Virus record (IMG/VR): IMGVR_UViG_3300020294_000028
Coordinates: 1-26,795 of that record
DNA: 26,795 nt
Strand: one strand, 5' to 3'
Source: a virus
Taxonomy: Duplodnaviria > Caudoviricetes
Part shown: piece by piece, positions 7,424 through 16,591 of the stretch
Layout of the letters: the number at the start of each line of letters is the position of its first letter
Position numbering within the stretch: position 1 is the stretch's first letter
Notes under the pieces: generated by a model
Told to the model about the DNA's origin: nothing
Database searches by the model: none
Seen by the model: the letters and a program-made list of their open reading frames with translations, nothing else
Made by a program: the position numbers and the translations under genes

Positions 7424-9133
7424 ATGGCAGAACAATTATACTTTAGCCGCGACACGAGGATGTTTCTTCAGTTTCGAAACCCAGCTGATAACACCGAAGC
7501 TGCCGCCAAATTAGGAGAAGGAAGATTATGGGAGATACCAATTCTTGATGGTTTTAGCTTCTCACAAACAACAAATACTTCAGAGATAACTCTGAATGAG
7601 ATGGAAAGTAGTGTAGGTGTTAGTAGACGTGGTCGGCGAATGTTTACAGACTCTCTTGCTCCTGCAGAGTGGTCTTTTAGCACATATATTCGTCCATTTA
7701 TATCTGCAGGTGGCGGAAATACTGATAAATCTAAATCGGATCAATCAGCGGAGGTACATGCAGTAGAAGAAGCACTGTGGGCTGCTATGTTCGGAGCAGA
7801 TACTTTTAGTGATACAGCCTATACTTGGACTCGTGCTACTAATGCTGTAAGCGGGGCTGTTATTACTCCAGCAGCACAAATTTCAACAATTACGATTCAA
7901 GAATCCAATAGATCAGCATTAACGGGCTTTACTCTTTACTTCTTAATTGATACAAACACTACAAATCCTCTTTTATATCGATTGCCCGAAGCAGTTGTAA
8001 ATGAAGCAACTGTTGACTTTGATGTAGATGGAATTGCTACAATTAACTGGAGTGGTTTTGCAAAAGAGATTCAAGATAAAACCGATCGTGTTTTAGTAAC
8101 ATCTACTGTTACTTCAAACACAGCTCCTGCTGTTGCTAATGCTCATGGAACTGGTGTTGCTTTAGATGAGGGTGATATTCTTATCGAGACTGGTGATAGT
8201 CGATCTGTTCATATTGTAAGCGACGCTAGTGGTACAAACGCTGTTTCAGTGCAAGCAATTGACGAAGCAGTTACAAGTACAAAAAACTTTATTCGTAATC
8301 GACTTACTTCGGTTAAAATTGAAGCAGCAGATCAAGCAGATAAAGTAGCAGGCACATTCCCTGGTAATAGTGCAACTATTAGCGCAATTGATGTAACAAA
8401 TGAAGTAATTACTACAAGTGCTGCTCACGGATTTAAAACTGGTGATCGAGTAAATATTAGTGGATGCACAGGAAATACCCACTTAAATGGTACACATCAC
8501 TTTGTACGTGTAGGTGATGAGACGTCAACATATGCCGGAACTACAAATGCAACAACTGAGTTTGCTTTGTTTGATACTGAAGCAAATGCAAAGGACTTAG
8601 GAAATGCAAGTGGTCTTGTAGGAATTGGTACAGGTACTTATGATGCAAATACTGGTACAGCCTCCAATGGTAAGTACTCTCTTACTCTTACAGGTGGTAG
8701 CTTTACTGTCGGAAACAATATTACATACTTGGTACCAGAAGAACTTGGTGCAATTAACAAGCCACTTGAGCATGTAACCGGTACACGACAGGCAACAGGT
8801 AATGCGACTTGTTACTTGACTCTTGAAGATAGCGATATCGGAGCACAAGGTACATCACGACAGTTCTTTAATGATCTTGTTAGTACAAGTGCAATGAGTA
8901 AAGTTGTAAATAAGTTCAAGGTTACAATGGACATTGGTGGATCTGCAGCTGCAGACAATACTACTGATCCTTGCTTGACAGTATCATTTCCAACAGCTCA
9001 TATCGAAGTACCAACACACTCAATCGAAGATGTAATATCACTTGAAACAAATTTTGTTGCACTGCCAACAGATTTTGGTGCAGCAGATGAAATTACTTCT
9101 CTCGTGTATAGGCCAGTTGATTCTTATGCATAA
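7424..9133 (+). CDS. Major tail tube protein (T5 pb6-like) with inserted domains
   Basis: 569 aa; WEIPILDGFSFSQ, DSLAPAEWSFSTYIRP, NEATVDFDVDGIATINWSG, NNITYLVPEELG and AHIEVPTHSIEDVIS; followed by a strong terminator. Confidence 0.9.
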   Translation: MAEQLYFSRDTRMFLQFRNPADNTEAAAKLGEGRLWEIPILDGFSFSQTTNTSEITLNEMESSVGVSRRGRRMFTDSLAPAEWSFSTYIRPFISAGGGNTDKSKSDQSAEVHAVEEALWAAMFGADTFSDTAYTWTRATNAVSGAVITPAAQISTITIQESNRSALTGFTLYFLIDTNTTNPLLYRLPEAVVNEATVDFDVDGIATINWSGFAKEIQDKTDRVLVTSTVTSNTAPAVANAHGTGVALDEGDILIETGDSRSVHIVSDASGTNAVSVQAIDEAVTSTKNFIRNRLTSVKIEAADQADKVAGTFPGNSATISAIDVTNEVITTSAAHGFKTGDRVNISGCTGNTHLNGTHHFVRVGDETSTYAGTTNATTEFALFDTEANAKDLGNASGLVGIGTGTYDANTGTASNGKYSLTLTGGSFTVGNNITYLVPEELGAINKPLEHVTGTRQATGNATCYLTLEDSDIGAQGTSRQFFNDLVSTSAMSKVVNKFKVTMDIGGSAAADNTTDPCLTVSFPTAHIEVPTHSIEDVISLETNFVALPTDFGAADEITSLVYRPVDSYA

Positions 9134-9148
9134 TTAACTTAAACCCAC

Positions 9149-9174
9149 GAAAAAAGGGCTTCGGCCCTTTTTTC
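9149..9174 (+). terminator. Intrinsic terminator with cUUCGg loop, potentially bidirectional
   Basis: GAAAAAAGGGC-TTCG-GCCCTTTTTTC, a perfect 11-bp inverted repeat. Confidence 0.93.
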
Positions 9175-9176
9175 AT

Positions 9177-9226
9177 ATACTTCGAAAAAAATAATTCTTG
9201 ACATTTCGTCTGAAGTTTCGTATAAT
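9177..9226 (+). promoter_or_regulatory. Sigma70 promoter P2 with A-tract UP element
   Basis: TTGACA (9198-9203), 17-bp spacer, TATAAT (9221-9226), preceded by AAAAAAATA; RBS TAAGGA before ATG 9253. Confidence 0.93.
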
Positions 9227-9252
9227 TTAACTTTCAAATAAGGACTATATTC

Positions 9253-9684
9253 ATGGCAGAAGAAAAGAAAGCACCCGTATCACTGGCAAGTCTAATGACT
9301 TCAAGCAAAACCGTAGAGATTGACTATCCTGGAAGAGCAGGAATGAAAGTCAAACTCTGCTATCTCGCAAGAGAAGAACTAGTAAAACTTCGAAAGCGTT
9401 GTTTATCTACAAGATGGGACAAGAAAAGCAGGCAGCCGATTGAAGAGATGGATGACGAAAAGTTTATTGTAGAATATTGTAAAGCAGTAATAAAAGGCTG
9501 GTCTGGTCTTAAGTATAAGTACCTAGAAGAGCTTCTTTTGGTAGATATCAGCGACCTCAAGCCCGACGACTGTTTGCCCTATACTTCAGCAAATGCTGAA
9601 TTATTAATGAAAAACGCAAATGACTTTGATACCTGGGTCACAGAAACAGTAGGTGACTTAGAAAATTTTACTGGAAACAAGTAG
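9253..9684 (+). CDS. Tail assembly chaperone (gpG-like)
   Basis: 143 aa between tube and tape measure; KAVIKGWSGL and FDTWVTETVGDLENF. Confidence 0.85.
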   Translation: MAEEKKAPVSLASLMTSSKTVEIDYPGRAGMKVKLCYLAREELVKLRKRCLSTRWDKKSRQPIEEMDDEKFIVEYCKAVIKGWSGLKYKYLEELLLVDISDLKPDDCLPYTSANAELLMKNANDFDTWVTETVGDLENFTGNK

Positions 9685-9707
9685 CGGCTGTTAGAGCCTT
9701 ACTTGTT
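9663..9707 (+). promoter_or_regulatory. Programmed -1 ribosomal frameshift signal
   Basis: Slippery heptamer A_AAT_TTT (9663-9669), correctly phased in the chaperone frame; 6-nt spacer; hairpin AACAAGTAG-c-GGCT-gttag-AGCC-TTACTTGTT (9676-9707). Confidence 0.82.
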
Positions 9708-10097
9708 CAGTTCGTTCAAGAGCAAAGTCAAAATATAGATATTGAAAAATATTTACGAATGTGCGAACAAATGGGGCAAATGCCAGATCCTGATCGTATG
9801 CCACTTGAAATGTCGGTTTTTCCCGACGAAGTTCAAGTGGCATTTTTTATGTTTCAACTATTGTCAGATCGATGGGACGGAATGTCAGGAACATATCTCG
9901 GAAAAGACTGGACACAATGTCCGCAACTATTTGAATTGTATGATATAGACGATAAACGAGAAACATTATATTTTATGAAACTCTATGAGGGTATACTTAT
10001 GGAGCAAAGAATGCAAGATCAAGAGCAGCGACGCAAAGCGGAAGAACGCAGAGCAAAGCAAGGGGGTAAGAACTATACCCATAATGTAAGAGGCTAA
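9669..10097 (+). CDS. Tail assembly chaperone gpT-like moiety, probably expressed as a ~281-aa gpGT fusion (track start 9759)
   Basis: The -1 frame is open from 9657 (after TGA 9654-9656) to 10097: YWKQVAAVRALL...MCEQMG...LSDRWDGMSGTYLGKD. No clear RBS before 9759; TAATG coupling to the tape measure. Confidence 0.8.
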   Translation, partial: YWKQVAAVRALLVQFVQEQSQNIDIEKYLRMCEQMGQMPDPDRMPLEMSVFPDEVQVAFFMFQLLSDRWDGMSGTYLGKDWTQCPQLFELYDIDDKRETLYFMKLYEGILMEQRMQDQEQRRKAEERRAKQGGKNYTHNVRG

Positions 10098-13000
10098 TGG
10101 CTAAAAAGACAAAAATTGAGATAGAACTCGAAGTCGATGATAAAGGCACCACCAAGAAAGTCTCTCAAAACTCGAAAAAACTTGGAGACAATCTAGGTAA
10201 AACTGCTGATGGTGCTGAAAAAGTAAAACAAAAAAGTGATGAAGCGAGTAAATCGACAGGAGAATTAGGCCGGAATATGAGAGGCACCGGTCAGATGTCT
10301 TCAAATACTACAAAAAACTTTTCAAAAATGCAACAAGGCATGGGTGGACTTGTAGGTGCTTATGCAACTCTTGCTGCTCAGGTCTTTGCTGTGTCTGCTG
10401 CTTTTCAATTTTTACAAACTGCAAGTGATTTTAGAAACTTAATTGCAGGACAAGAGGCTTTAGGCTCAGTAACTGGTACAACTTTCAAAACTATCTCTAA
10501 CGAAATTGTAAAAGCAACTGATGCTCAATTAAAATATGCTGATGCTGCAAAAGCAGCAGCAATTGGTTCTGCTGCAGGTTTAACAAGCAGTCAGCTAACA
10601 GACTTAGGTGCTGCTGCTAAAAATGTTTCCTTTGCTCTCGGGCGAGATTTAACAGATTCATTTAATCGTCTTATTCGGGGTGTAACAAAAGCAGAACCGG
10701 AACTCTTAGATGAATTAGGTATTATTTTAAGACTAGAGCCTGCTATCAAGGCTTATGCACGAGAACTAGGCAAAGCTGAAAAAGACTTAAATGCATTCGA
10801 ACGAACACAAGCAGTTACAAATGAAGTTTTAGATCAAAGTAATCGTAAGTTTGCAGATATTGCAAGATTAATGGATCCAAATGCTGCTGTATTAGCTCAG
10901 TTTGCAAAATCTTTTGATGAGCTAGTAAATGCTTTTAAAGTAGGAGTTATAGACACTCTCACTCCTATTCTATCTTTTTTATCAAAAAATACTGAGGCAT
11001 TAGCTGCAGCTTTGACACTTGCAGCTATACCAATTGTCAAAGCTCTTATACCAAATCTAAAAATATGGTCGGCACAAACAGCCGACTTAGCAAAAACTCA
11101 AAGAGACCAAGCAAGCAGCTATGTAGAAGGTATTAAAAAACAAAGAAAAGCAATGAAAACGTTTTTGAATGATCAAAAACAACAATCACAAGCAGCAGCA
11201 GATGCTTCTAAAAAAATTCTTGGAGGACAACAAAGCACTGGACTAAATTTCTTAACAGGAGAAGATACGAGTAAACGAGCACAAGCAGCCGCAAATAAAA
11301 TTCTTGTAGGTGCAGAAAAGCAAACAAAAGACGGTGCAGATGCAACAACAGGCTACTTAAAAGGAAAAAATGCAGAACAAGTAGCTTCATTGAGAGGCTC
11401 TTATAATGAGCAAATGGCACTTACAAAAACTCATAATCAAAAAACTCGACAGGTATTTGCAGCAAGTAGAGCAGCTATAACAGGAGGATTTTTAGGCTTA
11501 CGAGCGGCCTGGGCAGGAACACTGTCTTTCATGACTAGTACTGCAGCTGTTGCAGGAGTAGTAATAAATACATTTATGAGTTTCTTAGCCGTAGTTGGAG
11601 CACTAACGCTTGTTGTTCAAGCGGCAATCGGATTGTATCGAGCAATGGTACCTTTATCTGAACAGCAAAAGAAAGACAATGCAATAATTGAAGAACAATC
11701 ATCTCGATATAGTACTCTTACAGAGGAAATGAAAAGAAATAGATTAGCAAGAGAAACTCTACTTGTAGGTTCTGAGCGACAGACAAACATTGGACAAACT
11801 CTTCAAGGAGCAGATGTATCAAAAGTTATTCAAGAGTTAAATGAGTTTAGTACTGTATCAAAAGACACTGATGGATATGACGAACAGCGAACAGCTTTAA
11901 GAGATGTTGTTTTAGAACTAGGTCGTGTTGACCCTGCTTTTGCTATTTTAAATAAAAATTTAAGAGAAGGAACATCTGTCTCTGATGATACCGCTAAATC
12001 TTTAAAAAGGCTGGCAAATGAGTTTATAAATGCAGGACAAGCAATTGCTAATCTACCAAATCTTATAAAAGAAGCAGATACGGCATTTTCAAACTTATCA
12101 ACTTCAATGGTAAAAAACACTCCGTTAACTGCTTTTATTCAAGCACAAGGCAAAGCTACGCAAGGTTTATTTGAGAGAAGTCGAGCAGCTAAACAAACAG
12201 AAAAGTCTTTACAAGGAGAAATTGCAGTCGCAGAAAATTTACAGACGAAACAGGAAGGTCTTTTAGACACTCTTTATGCTCCAGGAAGTTTGGGAAGACG
12301 TTTTTATGATGAGGCTGATGACGCTAAAAAAGACAGAATGAGAAAACAAAGGCTTCACTCCAAAAATGTACAAAGAAGGCAACAAGGCAAAGACGAATTA
12401 GTAGATTTCTCTAAACAAGCAGAATTTAGATCTGATAAAGAGCTGGAAGCAGCCAAAAAAGCGAGTGCCGAAAGTAGACGAGCAGCAAGCGATGATTTAG
12501 GGCAGGGTATTAAAAGAGATAAAATATTACGTGATGCAGTCACGTTTGAAAACAAAATATTAAAGCTTAGAGAGGCACAGAATATAGAAGCATTAAAAGC
12601 AACAAAAGCACAGACTCTTGGTGTAACAGTGCAAGGAAAAATTAATAACTTGGGAATGCAAGAAACTGCTATAAAAGCAAAAGTTTTAAAAGCAGAGGAG
12701 GCTGTTTTAGCTGCTGAGTTTGCAAAAAAGAATGCAATTGAAGGTACTGAAGAATCTGCCAATAAAGCATTTGATGTTGCAGAAGAGCAACTGGAGATAG
12801 CTAAAGAGCAAGCAAAAATAGATAATTTAAAATTAGCAAGAACAAAAGCACTATTGCTTATTGAACAAAAAATATTGAGCACACAAATTCAAAAAATCGC
12901 ACTAGAGCAACGACTTGCTGGTGGACAGCGAGCCGAAACAAACTTACAGGCTTTTCAAGGAACAAGAGAAAACAGAATAGCTCTTTTAGACCAACAGCAA

Positions 13001-14074
13001 GAAAATAGGCAAACACAGTTAAGAATAGCAGAAGAGGATGGAAAAATTTTAGGCAGGAAGTTTACTGATGCGTACAATACCATGCTTGATGAAAATGCAA
13101 AGACCATTACGGGCAGTAGCGAGGCAACTTTTCAAACGTTAAACACAGAACAGCAACTAAACGCAGCTAGACAAGCAGGCTTAGAAATTCAACTAAGTTC
13201 AGAAGCAGCAGCATTACGTGCCAATACTAACACAAAAGAAGCCTTAACCGGTGAGATTACGATAAATAAAAGCAGATTTGATTTGCAAAATGATCTAACA
13301 CTTGGAGAGATTGAACAATTAAAAATTAAAAGCGAAGGAATTTCACTGAGTCGAGAAGAAGAAATTTTTCAAAGATTAAAAGCACAGCATATGGAGACAC
13401 AAAACGAGCTTAGTGTTGTACAATTACAAACACTTAGACAACAAGCAGGAGAAATTAATGATCTAGAAACTACAATATCTACACAAGAAAGAATAAGAGA
13501 TTCTATAAAAGGAAGTATGACGGACGCATTTGATGGAATAATTACTGGAGCTAAGAGTGCAAAAGATGCTTTTGCAGATATGGGAAGAGCTATACTTGGA
13601 ACTTTAGCAAAAATTGTTGCAGAAATGATTGTTGCAAAAATTGTATCCTCTTCATTATTTTCAGCGTTTGGATTTGGACCAGCAGCAGACGGCGGTATAA
13701 CTGCTAGTGCAAAGAAAGGAGGAATATACTCAATGGCAGGAGGAGGTTATACTTCTCCTTTAAGAAACTACAATCGTGGTGGAGTAGCACGTGGTCCGCA
13801 CTCTGGGTATAATGCTGTTCTTCACGGAAATGAGGCAGTAGTTCCACTTCCGGACAATCGTCATATTCCTGTTGAGCTTTCAGGAAGTACTGGCTCACAG
13901 AATAATGTAACTGTAAACGTTTCAATGAATTCAGATGGAACAGCTTCTTCTCGTGCAACAAGTAGCGGGCCAGATGCTTCTGCTTTGGGAAATGCAGTTG
14001 CAAAGGCTGTTCAATTGGAATTACAACAACAGCAAAGGGCAGGCGGTATGTTAAGTCCTTATGGAGTAGCATAA
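10097..14074 (+). CDS. Tape measure protein
   Basis: 1325 aa, A/K/E/Q-rich and helical. N-terminal GGLVGAYATLAAQVFA and KAEPELLDELGI resemble T5 pb2; hydrophobic segments near residues 460-515; C-terminal GNEAVVPL...IPV...LQQQQRAGGML resembles lambda gpH-type ends. Confidence 0.93.
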   Translation: MAKKTKIEIELEVDDKGTTKKVSQNSKKLGDNLGKTADGAEKVKQKSDEASKSTGELGRNMRGTGQMSSNTTKNFSKMQQGMGGLVGAYATLAAQVFAVSAAFQFLQTASDFRNLIAGQEALGSVTGTTFKTISNEIVKATDAQLKYADAAKAAAIGSAAGLTSSQLTDLGAAAKNVSFALGRDLTDSFNRLIRGVTKAEPELLDELGIILRLEPAIKAYARELGKAEKDLNAFERTQAVTNEVLDQSNRKFADIARLMDPNAAVLAQFAKSFDELVNAFKVGVIDTLTPILSFLSKNTEALAAALTLAAIPIVKALIPNLKIWSAQTADLAKTQRDQASSYVEGIKKQRKAMKTFLNDQKQQSQAAADASKKILGGQQSTGLNFLTGEDTSKRAQAAANKILVGAEKQTKDGADATTGYLKGKNAEQVASLRGSYNEQMALTKTHNQKTRQVFAASRAAITGGFLGLRAAWAGTLSFMTSTAAVAGVVINTFMSFLAVVGALTLVVQAAIGLYRAMVPLSEQQKKDNAIIEEQSSRYSTLTEEMKRNRLARETLLVGSERQTNIGQTLQGADVSKVIQELNEFSTVSKDTDGYDEQRTALRDVVLELGRVDPAFAILNKNLREGTSVSDDTAKSLKRLANEFINAGQAIANLPNLIKEADTAFSNLSTSMVKNTPLTAFIQAQGKATQGLFERSRAAKQTEKSLQGEIAVAENLQTKQEGLLDTLYAPGSLGRRFYDEADDAKKDRMRKQRLHSKNVQRRQQGKDELVDFSKQAEFRSDKELEAAKKASAESRRAASDDLGQGIKRDKILRDAVTFENKILKLREAQNIEALKATKAQTLGVTVQGKINNLGMQETAIKAKVLKAEEAVLAAEFAKKNAIEGTEESANKAFDVAEEQLEIAKEQAKIDNLKLARTKALLLIEQKILSTQIQKIALEQRLAGGQRAETNLQAFQGTRENRIALLDQQQENRQTQLRIAEEDGKILGRKFTDAYNTMLDENAKTITGSSEATFQTLNTEQQLNAARQAGLEIQLSSEAAALRANTNTKEALTGEITINKSRFDLQNDLTLGEIEQLKIKSEGISLSREEEIFQRLKAQHMETQNELSVVQLQTLRQQAGEINDLETTISTQERIRDSIKGSMTDAFDGIITGAKSAKDAFADMGRAILGTLAKIVAEMIVAKIVSSSLFSAFGFGPAADGGITASAKKGGIYSMAGGGYTSPLRNYNRGGVARGPHSGYNAVLHGNEAVVPLPDNRHIPVELSGSTGSQNNVTVNVSMNSDGTASSRATSSGPDASALGNAVAKAVQLELQQQQRAGGMLSPYGVA

Positions 14075-14661
14075 TGGCACTTGGTTTTATAGTTGCAGGA
14101 GTAACAACAAGAAAGATAATTCCTGATAAAACTTTGACAAAAAACTCAACACCTCGACTCCGTATTCAACGTTTTGGAGATGGATATGAGCAACGGGTTG
14201 TGGATGGAATTAATAATATAAATCAAACATATTCTTCTAGTTTTACAAATAGAGAAAAAGAAGAAGCAGACGATATTATTGCATTTTTTGACACACAAGG
14301 AGCAGTTACAGCTTTCGATTTTGTAATTCCAGATTCAAACTCTACATCTACAACTACAAGCGTAACAAACAGCTCTAGCAGCAGTTCTACTTCTGTTACC
14401 TTGACAACACTAAATACTGATATTACTCCAGATGCTACAGTTTCTGGTAGTGGAATCAGCGGTACTCCAACTGTTTCAAGTATTGATGGTGCAGATTTAG
14501 TACTAAGCTCTGCTCAAAGTATCTCGGGAGGAGTTACTTTAATATTTACAAACCCAAATGAATTAAAAATAAAAGTTGTATGCGATAGTTGGACTATATC
14601 GTACACCAATAAGGCTTTTTACAACATTCAGGCTAACTTTAGACGAGTTTTTGAACCATGA
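14074..14661 (+). CDS. Distal tail protein (lambda gpM-like) with a ~75-aa insertion
   Basis: RFGDGYEQRVVDGIN, IIAFF...AFDF..P, KVVCDSW and terminal ANFRRVFEP. Confidence 0.9.
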   Translation: MALGFIVAGVTTRKIIPDKTLTKNSTPRLRIQRFGDGYEQRVVDGINNINQTYSSSFTNREKEEADDIIAFFDTQGAVTAFDFVIPDSNSTSTTTSVTNSSSSSSTSVTLTTLNTDITPDATVSGSGISGTPTVSSIDGADLVLSSAQSISGGVTLIFTNPNELKIKVVCDSWTISYTNKAFYNIQANFRRVFEP

Positions 14662-15896
14662 GTCAAGATTTATCCGTAGATTTTATAAAACAAAGCGTTA
14701 ATAGTGGATACTTAGAATTTTTTGAATTAGAAGTTGGAAAAAGTTCTACAGATCCTGCTACAAATATCTTGTATTTTCATGCTGGAACAAATGGAAGCAT
14801 GCAAGATGTAACATATGACTCAAAAACGTATGTAGCTATTCCAATTTTTATGAGTGGTATTGAAATGAAAGGAGACGGTCCTCTTGCACGACCTAGTTTA
14901 ACAATTGCAAACGTTGAAGCAATGATAAAATCTGGCTCAAAATTCAAAAGTCAAATGCAAGATGGAACTTGGAATGCAACAGTTGGAGAAACAGATGTAA
15001 CTCATGTAAACTTTGAGTTAGACGATTTAATTGGAAGCAGAATCACTAGAAGAAGAACTTTAGAAAAATACTTAAATTCAAGTCCAACAATAGAATTTAG
15101 AAAAGATGTTTTTATTATTGATAGAATTGAAGCACGAGATAATACTCTTGTTTCATTTGAACTCGCCGCAGCGTTTGACTTAGAAAAAATAAAAATTCCT
15201 TCTCGTATTGTGGTTGGAAAGTATTGCAATTGGGAGTATCAAGGCGCCTCCACAGAAAATGCTTTAGATAAAAGACGTGGTGGTTGTGTTTGGAAAAAAC
15301 AAAATCAAATTGTACATGCAGACGAATCAAAATCAAGTATTTTTGTAACAGCTGACGATGAACCATTAATTCTAAAATCTGCAGTTGAAGGCTCAACAGG
15401 GTACGCAGCCATTGCAGACTCAAGTAGCCCAGGAACTCATGCTTTAAATGTTTTTGTAAAAGATAATACGACTGGATTATATTTTCGATCTCGTTCTGCA
15501 AGTAATAATAACGCATTGTTTAATGCGAATGGAACAGTAAACAATGTATTTTGGCAGCTTTGTCGTGTTTACACAGTTTATTCAAGTGACGGAAGTGGAA
15601 CAAATTACACAACAGATGCTTCAGACTCAAGAAAGAATTCATATGTGTTTCACACAGATACAGTTTGGAGAGCGCTTATTCCAAATCAAAAATCAGATAA
15701 TATTACCCCCGAAAATGGGTCATCTTACTGGAATCGTGGAGATGTTTGCGGAAAATTACTACAATCTTGTAAGATGAGATATCAAGCGATTGGAAGTACA
15801 AGTGCAACAGGACAAAATTTATTACCTTCAGATTTATTAGATACAAGCAAAATTTTACCCTTTGGAGCTTTTCCCGGAAGCAGAAAATTTAGATGA
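14658..15896 (+). CDS. Tail tip protein (lambda gpL-like, Fe-S cysteine motif)
   Basis: YVAIPI, GPLARPSLTIANV, DLIGSRITRRRTLEKYL, VSFELAA, KYCNWEY...GCVW...DVCGKLLQSC and LPFGAFPG. Confidence 0.92.
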   Translation: MSQDLSVDFIKQSVNSGYLEFFELEVGKSSTDPATNILYFHAGTNGSMQDVTYDSKTYVAIPIFMSGIEMKGDGPLARPSLTIANVEAMIKSGSKFKSQMQDGTWNATVGETDVTHVNFELDDLIGSRITRRRTLEKYLNSSPTIEFRKDVFIIDRIEARDNTLVSFELAAAFDLEKIKIPSRIVVGKYCNWEYQGASTENALDKRRGGCVWKKQNQIVHADESKSSIFVTADDEPLILKSAVEGSTGYAAIADSSSPGTHALNVFVKDNTTGLYFRSRSASNNNALFNANGTVNNVFWQLCRVYTVYSSDGSGTNYTTDASDSRKNSYVFHTDTVWRALIPNQKSDNITPENGSSYWNRGDVCGKLLQSCKMRYQAIGSTSATGQNLLPSDLLDTSKILPFGAFPGSRKFR

Positions 15897-16591
15897 ATTT
15901 TATTGAAGATATACGTAAACATTTTAAAAGACAATACCCAAGAGAAGCTTGTGGAGTCATTTCAGTTGTAAAAGGAAAGAAAAAATGGTATCCATGTGAA
16001 AATATTTCAGAAGAAGACGAACATTTTCTTATTGATACAGATTATTATTTAAAGCTAACACGAACAACGGATGTGATAGGAATTGTACATAGTCACCCTG
16101 ATGCATCGTCAGAGCCAAGTGAATTTGATATTGCAAGCTGTAACGCTCTTGGAAAAGATTTTTATATTTTTAGTTATCCAGAAATGGATTTAACAGTTTT
16201 ACATCCAGAAAATAAAACAACTAATTTATATGGTAGAGAATATGAGTTTGGAGTTCAAGACTGTTTTGAAGCCTTAAGAGATTATTTATCTTCTGAAAAT
16301 ATAAAAATTCCACCAAGGGTAATGTTCGTGGAAGATTATTGGGATAAAAATATAGACTATTTTAATGAAAAAACAATAAAAAACTGGAATCATTATCCAG
16401 TAAATTTAAATAGTATTCAGAAAAACGACGTTTTAATTTTTAAAATTTTTTCAAATATAAACAATCACTGTGGAGTTTATTTAGGAAATGATATTTTTTA
16501 CCATCACGCAGAAGAAAGATTATCATGCCGAGAGAATTTATATCCACTATGGCACAAATGGTTAGTAGGAGCATACCGATATGCAGCGTAA
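15893..16591 (+). CDS. Tail assembly protein (lambda gpK-like; JAB/MPN and NlpC/P60 domains)
   Basis: YPREACG and HSHPD...PSEFD (JAMM motif); GREYEFGVQDCF and NHCGVYLG...FYHH (NlpC/P60). Confidence 0.94.
   Translation: MNFIEDIRKHFKRQYPREACGVISVVKGKKKWYPCENISEEDEHFLIDTDYYLKLTRTTDVIGIVHSHPDASSEPSEFDIASCNALGKDFYIFSYPEMDLTVLHPENKTTNLYGREYEFGVQDCFEALRDYLSSENIKIPPRVMFVEDYWDKNIDYFNEKTIKNWNHYPVNLNSIQKNDVLIFKIFSNINNHCGVYLGNDIFYHHAEERLSCRENLYPLWHKWLVGAYRYAA

Noticed and set aside
9742-9948. 68-aa plus-strand ORF overlapping the gpT moiety
   Set aside because: It is out of frame with the chaperone-like sequence and has no RBS; the -1 frame explains the region.
12355-12882. 175-aa minus-strand ORF and the other antisense or alternate-frame ORFs (e.g. 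3238-3579, 4445-4825, 15115-15516, 26020-26463)
   Set aside because: They lie within well-supported plus-strand genes, mirror the sense codon bias, and show no recognisable motifs or expression signals.
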